The notes under the pieces are model-generated. The model was not told the DNA's origin, did not search any database, and was given only the letters and a program-made list of their open reading frames with translations. Positions 47,826-55,920 of a stretch of DNA of 64,000 bases are shown piece after piece; positions within the stretch are counted from its first letter, which is position 1, and each line of letters begins with the position of its first letter. This DNA is from an uncultured Bacteroidales bacterium (lineage in GTDB: Bacteria; Bacteroidota; Bacteroidia; Bacteroidales; VadinHA17), in contig CAWJQH010000008.1 in assembly GCA_963844935.1 (NCBI GenBank), positions 474,904 through 538,903 of the forward strand, written 5' to 3'. The position numbers were made by a program, and so were the translations under genes.

Positions 47826-49172
47826 ATGCCAAAAGTAAATAGAGACTATATGAAAAGAAGATTTGTAGCATTTGTCAGTGCATTATTTCTTGCCGTAAGC
47901 CCGGCTGTCGTTGCCCAGGAAGCACCTGCTTCCCTGTCCCTGACGGTTGATCAGGCAGTTGAATATGCTCTTGATAAGAACAAGAGTGTAGCGTCAGCAA
48001 GATATGATCTGCTTGCATCTGAAAAAGCAAAATGGGAGGCTATTGCTGCCGGTTTGCCGACTATAGACGGAAGCGCCTCTTTTAATAACAATCTTGCCGT
48101 TATGACCAGGATCGTTAACATAGGCGGAGTGCAAACACCGCTTCAGTTCGGCACCACATATGATGACGCTATTGGTGCATCAGCTTCCGCACTTGTTTAC
48201 AGTGCCCCCTGGCTAGTCGGGATACAGACTTCCAAGCTGGCATACACCCTTGCCAGCCAGGGATTGACCCTGACCAAAATTGAAACAGAAGAAAGTGTTG
48301 TCAATGCTTATTACCTGATTCTAACATTAATGGAGAGCATTAAAGTAATCGACCAGAACCTGGCGAACCTGAATGAAATACTTGTCTCTACAGATGCTAT
48401 GTACAGTGTGGGTATGGCTGAAGCTACCGATGTCGACCAGATGCGATCGAATGTGTCAATGCTTCTTAACACCAGATCCTCTGCGGAGCGTTCCGTCGAG
48501 CTTAATTATAACATGCTCAGGTTCCTCCTCGGCGTGGAGAGGGGAACTGAAATCATTCTCACTGAGTCTCTTGATAATATTATTGCCGCAGTCAATGTCG
48601 ATGCACTTATCACTGAGGAATTTAACATCGAAGAAAACATAAACTACCAGCTTATTGACAGCCAGCTTAAGATGTCAGAGCTGTCACTCAAAGGAGCCAA
48701 AGCTACTGTTCTTCCTACCCTGTCAGGTTCAATATATTATACCAGGATGGGAATGGGCGACGAAGTGTCGAGTATGGAGTACTTCCCTTATTCTGCTGTT
48801 GGACTACAGCTCCAGGTTCCGATATTCGGGTCAGGTTCCAGGTACGCGAAGATAAAAAAAGCGCAAATCAATTATGAAAAAGCTCAGAACACGAAGTCAA
48901 TGGTGTCTGACCAGCTCCTTCTGCAGGAGAAACAGCTCAGGTACAACCTGCTTAATGCCAATGAACAGTACAAAAGCCAGAAGGAAAATATTGAGATTGC
49001 AGCAAGGGTTTTAAAAAGCATTCAGAATAAGTACAACCAGGGAATGGCATCGAGCCTTGATCTTACCCAGGCCAATAATAATTACCTGGCATCTCAGAGC
49101 AATTACCTCAATGCCATAATGAATCTGCTTCAGACCAAGGTGTCGTTTGACAAGCTTATGAATAAATTTTAA
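47826..49172 (+). CDS. TolC-family outer-membrane efflux protein
   Basis: Signal peptide present (..AVVA/QEAP), with two repeated OEP-type helical halves. 448 aa; the start may be the second Met, at 47850. Confidence 0.85.
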   Translation: MPKVNRDYMKRRFVAFVSALFLAVSPAVVAQEAPASLSLTVDQAVEYALDKNKSVASARYDLLASEKAKWEAIAAGLPTIDGSASFNNNLAVMTRIVNIGGVQTPLQFGTTYDDAIGASASALVYSAPWLVGIQTSKLAYTLASQGLTLTKIETEESVVNAYYLILTLMESIKVIDQNLANLNEILVSTDAMYSVGMAEATDVDQMRSNVSMLLNTRSSAERSVELNYNMLRFLLGVERGTEIILTESLDNIIAAVNVDALITEEFNIEENINYQLIDSQLKMSELSLKGAKATVLPTLSGSIYYTRMGMGDEVSSMEYFPYSAVGLQLQVPIFGSGSRYAKIKKAQINYEKAQNTKSMVSDQLLLQEKQLRYNLLNANEQYKSQKENIEIAARVLKSIQNKYNQGMASSLDLTQANNNYLASQSNYLNAIMNLLQTKVSFDKLMNKF

Positions 49173-49204
49173 GAACTGAAACAACAAAAATTAAACCTCA
49201 TACA

Positions 49205-50260
49205 ATGAACCGCAACATTCTATCATTAATTCTCGCCGGCGGCATGGTCTTCACGGCCTGCGCCCCCAAGGAAAAGCCTGCCGGAGGCACGGCGGCAGCA
49301 TCTGCTTCTGACACAGCAGCAGCGATACCCGTCAGGGTCATGCCAGTGGTTAAGACCAGAATTGCCCGCACAATTGATTATACGGCTACTATTCAGGCGT
49401 ATGAAGAGGTGAACATGGCTCCCTCGACACCGGGCCGCGTTGACAATATCTATGTCGAAGTGGGTGACAGGGTTCAGAAGGGCCAGAAGCTTTTCCTCAT
49501 GGATCGTTCACAGTACTATGCCAGTAAAATTCAGCTGGCTAATCTTGAAAAGGACCTTGCCAGGATGGATACCCTGATGAAAGTAGGAAGCATAAAGGCA
49601 CAGACTTACGATCAGACAAAGGCACAGTATGAGGTAACCAAAACCAATGTGGACTTCATGGAGGCAAACACCCTGCTGGAGGCTCCGTTTGCCGGGATCA
49701 TAACCGGCAAGTACCTTGAAGACGGTGAGCTTTACTCGGGTGCTCCGGGGATGTCAGGCAAGGCAGCCGTGGTGACCCTGATGCAGATCAACCCCGTAAA
49801 GATCACTGTAAGCATTTCCGAACAAAATTATCCCCTTATAAAAAAAGGTATGCAGGCGAGGATTACTGCTGATGTTTATCCTGACAGGGAGTTTGAAGGA
49901 AGGATCTTCAGGATTCATCCAACGATTAATCCAATGTCACGCACATTCAATGCTGAGATTTCAATACCGAACGGTAATGAATTGCTGCGCCCGGGCATGT
50001 TTGCCAGGGTATATATCGATATGGGTGAGGTGGAAGCATTTGTCGTTCCCTCAAGCTCTGTCCTGGTTCAGGAGGGCACCAACGAAAGGTTCATTTTTGT
50101 TGCTGACGGCAATGTTGCTTCCCGCAGGGTAGTGATACCGGGGAAAAGATTTGATGATAAGGTTGAGATTGCTGAGGGTGACCTGAAGGTAGGTGATAAC
50201 CTTGTTATCGACGGACAGGCTCGGCTGACAGATGGCCTCAGGATAGAGATTGCACAATAA
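49205..50260 (+). CDS. efflux RND transporter periplasmic adaptor subunit (lipoprotein)
   Basis: Lipobox MVFTAC, with biotinyl-lipoyl-like and beta-barrel motifs typical of HlyD/MFP proteins. Confidence 0.9.
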   Translation: MNRNILSLILAGGMVFTACAPKEKPAGGTAAASASDTAAAIPVRVMPVVKTRIARTIDYTATIQAYEEVNMAPSTPGRVDNIYVEVGDRVQKGQKLFLMDRSQYYASKIQLANLEKDLARMDTLMKVGSIKAQTYDQTKAQYEVTKTNVDFMEANTLLEAPFAGIITGKYLEDGELYSGAPGMSGKAAVVTLMQINPVKITVSISEQNYPLIKKGMQARITADVYPDREFEGRIFRIHPTINPMSRTFNAEISIPNGNELLRPGMFARVYIDMGEVEAFVVPSSSVLVQEGTNERFIFVADGNVASRRVVIPGKRFDDKVEIAEGDLKVGDNLVIDGQARLTDGLRIEIAQ

Positions 50261-50285
50261 AGATCAATAATTCAGAATTACCACC

Positions 50286-53200
50286 ATGAGTATATATGCC
50301 AGTGCAGTAAAGAGGCCCGTTACCACGATCCTCATCTTTGTGATCACAATGATCATCGGGCTCTACTCGCTGATGCAGCTCCCGGTTGACCTGTATCCTG
50401 AGATAGAACTTCCGTTCATCTCAGTGTACACCAGTTACCCGGGTGCGAGCGCATCAGATATTGAAACCAATGTAACGCGTCCCATTGAGAATACCCTTAG
50501 CGCAGTGAGCGGACTGAAGGAGATAACCTCTACGTCCAGCGACAATACCTCGGTTATTTTCCTGCAGTTTGAATATGAAACAAACCTTGACGAAGCATCA
50601 AATGATATCCGCAGTAACCTGTCGTTCATACAGAGTTTTCTGCCTGAAGATGCAGAGGATCCTACTATCCTGAAGTTTAACTCAAGCATGATGCCGATAA
50701 TTTTTTATGCCATCACTGCCGATGAAAGTTACAAGGGTCTTGAGAAAATACTCGACGAGAAAGTGGTCAACCCGCTGAACCGTATTGACGGGGTAGGGAA
50801 CGTAGGGCTTTCAGGCGTGCCGGGAAGAGAGATCTATATTGATGTCGATCCCCGCCGGATGGAGGCATACAACCTTACTATTGAACAGATCGGGAATATT
50901 CTTAGGGCCGAGAATATCAATATGCCCGCAGGTTTTATGGAAATGGGCAGGAATGATTATCCCATCAGGATCCAGGGTGAGTTTACAGAAAGCGACGTAA
51001 TCAAAAACATCGTAGTCGGAAATTATGCCGGCAGCAACATTCTGCTGAGCGATGTGGCTGTCGTCAATGATACCATAAGGGAGTCCAAACTTATAACCAA
51101 GGTCAACGGCGAGAGGGGAATGGATCTCTTCATTCAGAAAATGTCCGGGGCAAACACTGTTCAGGTTTGCCGTGATGTTGACAATGAACTTAAGAAACTG
51201 GCCAAGGATCTTCCGAATGATGTGAAGATAGAGAAGATCTTTGACACTTCGGATTTTATTCGCGGCTCCATAAATAACCTTACTGAGACACTGATGTATG
51301 CCGGCATCTTTGTTATCCTGGTTGTGCTTTTCTTCCTTGGAAGATGGAGGGCTACGTTCATTATTATTCTGACCATACCGATATCACTGCTCGTTGCTTT
51401 CATCTATCTCTTTGTAACGGATGCATCAATAAACATCATCTCGCTGTCATCCCTTGCCATTGCGATAGGTATGGTGGTTGATGATGCAATAGTGGTGCTT
51501 GAGAACATCAACCGACATATTGAGAGAGGCAGCAGGCCACGGGAGGCAGCCATCTATGCAACAAATGAAGTCTGGCTGGCAGTAATAGTCACGACTCTGA
51601 CCGTTGTTGCCGTCTTCTTCCCCCTGACCTTTGTGCAAGGACTGACAGGCGTATTGTTCTCACAGCTTGGCATGATCGTTTCAATCACCATTGTTGTATC
51701 TGTTTTTGCTGCTATAACGATTACCCCAACCCTTAGCGCCAAGCTGATGAAATTACATCCTGTGCGCAAGGATGCTCCTTTTTATACATGGGACGGGTCA
51801 ATACGCAAGTTCCTTAACCGGCTGGATAATTTCTACGTTAATACTGTAAGCTGGGCCTTGCATCACAAAAAGTTTGTGATCGCCGTTGCCATTGTGATCT
51901 TTGCCGGCTCAATGTATCTTTTTAAATTCATCGGCAAGGAATTCATGCCGCAGGCTGATGAATCAAGATGTACCGCAACTGTTGAACTGCAGACCGGCAC
52001 GAGGGTCGACCAGACACTTATTGTTGCGGACCGTATTGATTCGATTGTCCAGGCCACGATCCCGGAAGTTGAACTTATCTCCACTTCCACCGGAAATGAT
52101 GATACCGGCGGTTTTGCTTCCATTTTCAGCCAGGGTGGCACCCACATGATACAATATACTTTTTCCCTTGTACCGACAGGGGAGAGATCAAGAAGCGTGG
52201 AAGAAGTGGCTGAAAGCATAAGACAGATATTCGCTCCTATGCCGGAGATCATTAACTATAATGTTTCTACCACCGAAAGTATGGGTGCCGGAGGTATGGG
52301 TGGCAACACAGTGAACCTGGAGGTCTACGGTTATGATATTACCCAGACAAATCTTATTGCCGAGGAGCTTGCTTCAAGAGTGAAAAAGGTCGAGGGTGCA
52401 GTCAACGTACAGGTAAGCCGTGATAAGTCCAAACCAGAGCTGCAGATAGCGTTTGATCATGACAAGCTTCTGATGTATGGCCTTACAACCGCACAGGTAT
52501 CAACAATGGTCAAGAACCGTATCGATGGCCTGACAGCTACGCGCCTGCGTCAGTTCGGCGATGAATATGATGTGGTTGTAAGATATAAGGAATCTGCCCG
52601 CAACAGCCTGACTGAGATTGAAAACATCGGGATAGCTACTCCTTCAGGCCAGGTGATAAGGCTGGGTGAGATCGCATCAGTGAAAGAATACTGGACTCCT
52701 CCGAACATCGAAAGGAAACGCAAGGAACGTATTGTTACCGTCTCAGTTACACCATACAAGAGACCTCTGAACCAGATTGTGGCTGACATACAGAAAGAGC
52801 TTGACCAGGTAGTAATACCCAACGGTGTCAATGTCACCATCTCGGGATCGTATGAAGATATGCAGGAATCATTTATGGATATCGGATTATTGATGGTAGT
52901 GTCGCTGATACTCGTCTACCTTGTCATGGCATCACAGTTTGAATCACTCAAGATGCCTCTGATAATAATGCTTTCAATACCTTTTGCTTTCTCCGGTGTG
53001 GCAATAGCGCTCTTCATCTCCGGCGCAAGCCTCAGCATGATAGCTGCCATAGGAGCAATAATGCTGATCGGTATAGTGGTAAAGAACGCCATCGTGCTTG
53101 TCGACTTCATCAACCTTACGCGTGACCGCGGTGTGGAATTATACAATGCCGTAGTCGTTTCAGGACGTTCCAGGCTCAGGCCTGTCCTTATGACTTCTGC

Positions 53201-53441
53201 AACAACTATCCTTGCAATGCTTCCGCTGGCAATAAACCCGGGAGAAGGTTCTGAACTGTGGCAACCTATGGGTATTGCTGTTATCGGCGGTCTCGTCTTT
53301 TCAACCCTTGTGACACTTATCATCGTACCTGTCGGCTATGTGCTGATGGCACGCAGGGGCGAAAGGGACAAAAAGCATACGGTGGCTTTCAGGGATATGA
53401 AGTTCCTGGATGACATACAGGAAAAATCAGTAAAAGAATAA
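50286..53441 (+). CDS. efflux RND transporter permease subunit (AcrB/HAE1-like)
   Basis: 1051 aa with 12 TMs and two large periplasmic loops. The conserved motif AIGMVVDDAIVVLENI is present. Confidence 0.95.
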   Translation: MSIYASAVKRPVTTILIFVITMIIGLYSLMQLPVDLYPEIELPFISVYTSYPGASASDIETNVTRPIENTLSAVSGLKEITSTSSDNTSVIFLQFEYETNLDEASNDIRSNLSFIQSFLPEDAEDPTILKFNSSMMPIIFYAITADESYKGLEKILDEKVVNPLNRIDGVGNVGLSGVPGREIYIDVDPRRMEAYNLTIEQIGNILRAENINMPAGFMEMGRNDYPIRIQGEFTESDVIKNIVVGNYAGSNILLSDVAVVNDTIRESKLITKVNGERGMDLFIQKMSGANTVQVCRDVDNELKKLAKDLPNDVKIEKIFDTSDFIRGSINNLTETLMYAGIFVILVVLFFLGRWRATFIIILTIPISLLVAFIYLFVTDASINIISLSSLAIAIGMVVDDAIVVLENINRHIERGSRPREAAIYATNEVWLAVIVTTLTVVAVFFPLTFVQGLTGVLFSQLGMIVSITIVVSVFAAITITPTLSAKLMKLHPVRKDAPFYTWDGSIRKFLNRLDNFYVNTVSWALHHKKFVIAVAIVIFAGSMYLFKFIGKEFMPQADESRCTATVELQTGTRVDQTLIVADRIDSIVQATIPEVELISTSTGNDDTGGFASIFSQGGTHMIQYTFSLVPTGERSRSVEEVAESIRQIFAPMPEIINYNVSTTESMGAGGMGGNTVNLEVYGYDITQTNLIAEELASRVKKVEGAVNVQVSRDKSKPELQIAFDHDKLLMYGLTTAQVSTMVKNRIDGLTATRLRQFGDEYDVVVRYKESARNSLTEIENIGIATPSGQVIRLGEIASVKEYWTPPNIERKRKERIVTVSVTPYKRPLNQIVADIQKELDQVVIPNGVNVTISGSYEDMQESFMDIGLLMVVSLILVYLVMASQFESLKMPLIIMLSIPFAFSGVAIALFISGASLSMIAAIGAIMLIGIVVKNAIVLVDFINLTRDRGVELYNAVVVSGRSRLRPVLMTSATTILAMLPLAINPGEGSELWQPMGIAVIGGLVFSTLVTLIIVPVGYVLMARRGERDKKHTVAFRDMKFLDDIQEKSVKE

Positions 53442-53472
53442 CCAGGGACTCTTAATACAAAATTATTGACAT

Positions 53473-53766
53473 ATGAAAGCTGTAATGATTATATACAACC
53501 TGGCTCTGACCGAAAAGATCGAGTATACTCTTGAACATTTCGGCATCAGGGGATATACCCAGTGGGACAATGTCGAAGGAGTAGGATCGTTTACCGGAGT
53601 GCCGCACCTCGGGACACATACATGGCCGGAGATAAACGGTGTGACACTTACATTTGTTGAAGCCGACAAGGTGCCGCTGCTCCTCGAAGCAGTCAGGAGA
53701 ATTGATGAAATCAACAAGGATGTCGGCATCAGGGCATTCGTGTGGGATGTGGAACAGGCGGTTTAG
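53473..53766 (+). CDS. small PII-like transporter-associated protein (PG0541-type)
   Basis: 97 aa soluble protein, 31 nt after the RND permease. The beta-alpha-beta pattern and the position after RND pumps match the Bacteroidota PG0541-like family as I recall it. Confidence 0.55.
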   Translation: MKAVMIIYNLALTEKIEYTLEHFGIRGYTQWDNVEGVGSFTGVPHLGTHTWPEINGVTLTFVEADKVPLLLEAVRRIDEINKDVGIRAFVWDVEQAV

Positions 53767-53803
53767 CCTGCCATGTCAGTGATATGCAGATACATTTGAG
53801 TTG

Positions 53804-53830
53804 CGCCGCCCAATCCGGGCGGCGTTACTT
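53804..53830 (+). terminator. rho-independent terminator after the efflux operon
   Basis: Stem CGCCGCCC, loop AATCC, stem GGGCGGCG, then TTACTTATTT. Confidence 0.55.
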
Positions 53831-53876
53831 ATTTAATGACATGTGAATTGTCATTTTGGATTTCCCTCAATTATAA

Positions 53877-53884
53877 TATATTTG
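53877..53884 (+). promoter_or_regulatory. candidate -7 box TATATTTG with an upstream TTTG (53855-53858)
   Basis: Exact TAnnTTTG match, 20 nt upstream of the 53904 ATG. The -33-like TTTG is spaced 18 nt away. Confidence 0.45.
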
Positions 53885-53903
53885 GTGACCCTCTATTTCC
53901 GAA

Positions 53904-55835
53904 ATGAAAAAACAGAACTGGTACAAACTGGTATATCAATTTGCCATAATCGGCATCCTGTTGTTCATGGGTATCCGCCTGCTTTATGACAAGGCCTACG
54001 CCCCTGACTTCGAAGCTTACTGCCCCCTCGGCGGCCTTCAGGCCCTGGGCAGTTTCTTCACGATGGACTCCCTTTCATGCGCCATGACAAGCACCCAGAT
54101 CATGATGGGAGTGGCGCTTTTTATCGGCATAGTCCTTTTCTCTCGACTGTTCTGCGGATATATCTGCCCTCTCGGAACAGTTGGAGAATGGATCGGAAAA
54201 CTGGGAGACAAAATGAAAGTCAGGATCACTCTTAAAGGTTTTGCTGATTATGCACTCAGATTTCTGAAGTATGCCCTTCTCTTTATAACATTCTATTTTA
54301 CGCTGAAGTCAAGTGAGCTTTTCTGCAAGAAGTTTGACCCTTACTATGGGGTTGTATCCGGCTTTAATTCTGATGTTGTCCTTCTCTGGTCACTGATAGC
54401 AATCGGATCCCTTGTGATTGGTTCGCTTTTCATCAGGCTCTTCTGGTGCCGTTACCTGTGCCCCCTGGGAGCACTCTCAATAATCTTTAAATTCACCTGG
54501 TGGTTTGCCGGCGTGCTTGGCATTTATATAATTCTGCTCCTTGCCGGGCTGAAGATACCTTACATATATCCGCTCCTGATTATCACTGCCGGAGGCTACA
54601 TACTGGAGATAGCCCGTATGACACGCGTGAGGCCGTCGCTAGTACATATCACACGCAATACTGAAAGCTGTATTGACTGTGGTCTCTGTTCGGAGAAATG
54701 CCCCCAGGGAATTGATGTTGCACATTCGGTGAAAGTCACTCACACTGACTGCACACTCTGCGGTGACTGTTTATATGAATGTCCCGTAAAGGATACACTC
54801 CAGATCAACAAACGGAATATGAAATGGCTCCCGGCTGTTGTTCTCGGAGCCCTGATAATCCTGGGCGTAACTGCAGGCACACTCTTTGAACTGCCGACAA
54901 TTGATCAGAAATGGGGCACCCCTGAGCAGGTTGAAAGTGCCGGTCTCTTTGAGATGAGCGGACTGAAGAACATAAAATGCTTTGGCAGCTCAACCGCCTT
55001 TGCAAACCAGATGAGGCAGGTTGAAGGTGTTTACGGCGTATCGACATACGTGGCAAGCCACACTGTGCATATTCTCTATGATACCGCATTGTATGACGAT
55101 GTGAAGATGCAGGAGCTTCTCTTCGTTCCGGTGAAGAAGACTGTTAAACCTTTGGCAGGGGAAGTGAATGAAGTGGCATTCTATACACTTACGTTGGATA
55201 AGTTTTTTGATCCTCTTGACGCAATCTACCTGCAGCATCTTCTTGACCAGAATACAGATGCATGCGGTTATCAGAGTGAATTCGCCTGTCCGGTCATCAT
55301 ACGCATATATTTTCCTGCAGGCAGTGAACCTGACAGGGAGACACTGACACGTGTAATAGAATCGAAGAAGCTCAGCTTCACCTCGGCCGGCAATGAATTC
55401 AATGTTAAACTGCCTTACAGGGTTGTTACCTTCAGTGAACCGGCTGCGAAGATTTCGAGGCAGGAGTATGTCCGGCAGATGTTCACACCCACCTCCTCAG
55501 TGTTTAACGGTTTTGCCGGTTACAGTTCAGACGCGTTAAGCGGTTATGTTCTTCCCTTAGGAGCAAATGCAGAACTTAAGGCCAGGTACAACTATCTCAT
55601 CAGCCATCTCTCCAACGACCTTGGTGTGGTAGGGTTTGAGACTTCGCTCGGAGCTGATGACGAAGAGCTCGCAACGGTCTGGTACGTTGATTCGCTTACT
55701 ACGCCGGAAAACATTTTCGGTTACCTGAATACTGACACTCTCCTGTTCCATTACTCCGACGGCAGCACTGGCAAGGTGGCAAATCCGTTCCGCTTCCCGG
55801 AGCCGGGTAAAAAAACCAGGATCGAATCCCAATAA
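53904..55835 (+). CDS. polytopic membrane 4Fe-4S protein (NapH/YccM/CcoG-like core) with a ~300 aa C-terminal extension of unknown function
   Basis: Two membrane-edge CxxxCP motifs (FCGYICPLG, WCRYLCPLG). A 2x[4Fe-4S] ferredoxin module (CIDCGLCSEKCP ... CTLCGDCLYECP). A further TM follows, then alpha/beta modules, the first HMA-like but lacking CxxC (IKCFGSSTAFANQMRQVEGV). Confidence 0.7.
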   Translation: MKKQNWYKLVYQFAIIGILLFMGIRLLYDKAYAPDFEAYCPLGGLQALGSFFTMDSLSCAMTSTQIMMGVALFIGIVLFSRLFCGYICPLGTVGEWIGKLGDKMKVRITLKGFADYALRFLKYALLFITFYFTLKSSELFCKKFDPYYGVVSGFNSDVVLLWSLIAIGSLVIGSLFIRLFWCRYLCPLGALSIIFKFTWWFAGVLGIYIILLLAGLKIPYIYPLLIITAGGYILEIARMTRVRPSLVHITRNTESCIDCGLCSEKCPQGIDVAHSVKVTHTDCTLCGDCLYECPVKDTLQINKRNMKWLPAVVLGALIILGVTAGTLFELPTIDQKWGTPEQVESAGLFEMSGLKNIKCFGSSTAFANQMRQVEGVYGVSTYVASHTVHILYDTALYDDVKMQELLFVPVKKTVKPLAGEVNEVAFYTLTLDKFFDPLDAIYLQHLLDQNTDACGYQSEFACPVIIRIYFPAGSEPDRETLTRVIESKKLSFTSAGNEFNVKLPYRVVTFSEPAAKISRQEYVRQMFTPTSSVFNGFAGYSSDALSGYVLPLGANAELKARYNYLISHLSNDLGVVGFETSLGADDEELATVWYVDSLTTPENIFGYLNTDTLLFHYSDGSTGKVANPFRFPEPGKKTRIESQ

Positions 55836-55863
55836 AACGTATCCGGAATCGTACCATATAAAA

Positions 55864-55895
55864 CCGTAAAGACAGGTCTCAGACCTGTCTCTACG
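55864..55895. terminator. REP-like palindromic hairpin, copy 3 (CCGTAAAGACAGGTCT-C-AGACCTGTCTCTACG)
   Basis: Same element as at 3764-3840, including the flank ATAAAACCGTAAAG. It sits between convergent gene ends at 55835 (+) and 55921 (-). Confidence 0.7.
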
Positions 55896-55920
55896 TGCAA
55901 AATATATCGATTTTGGAATC

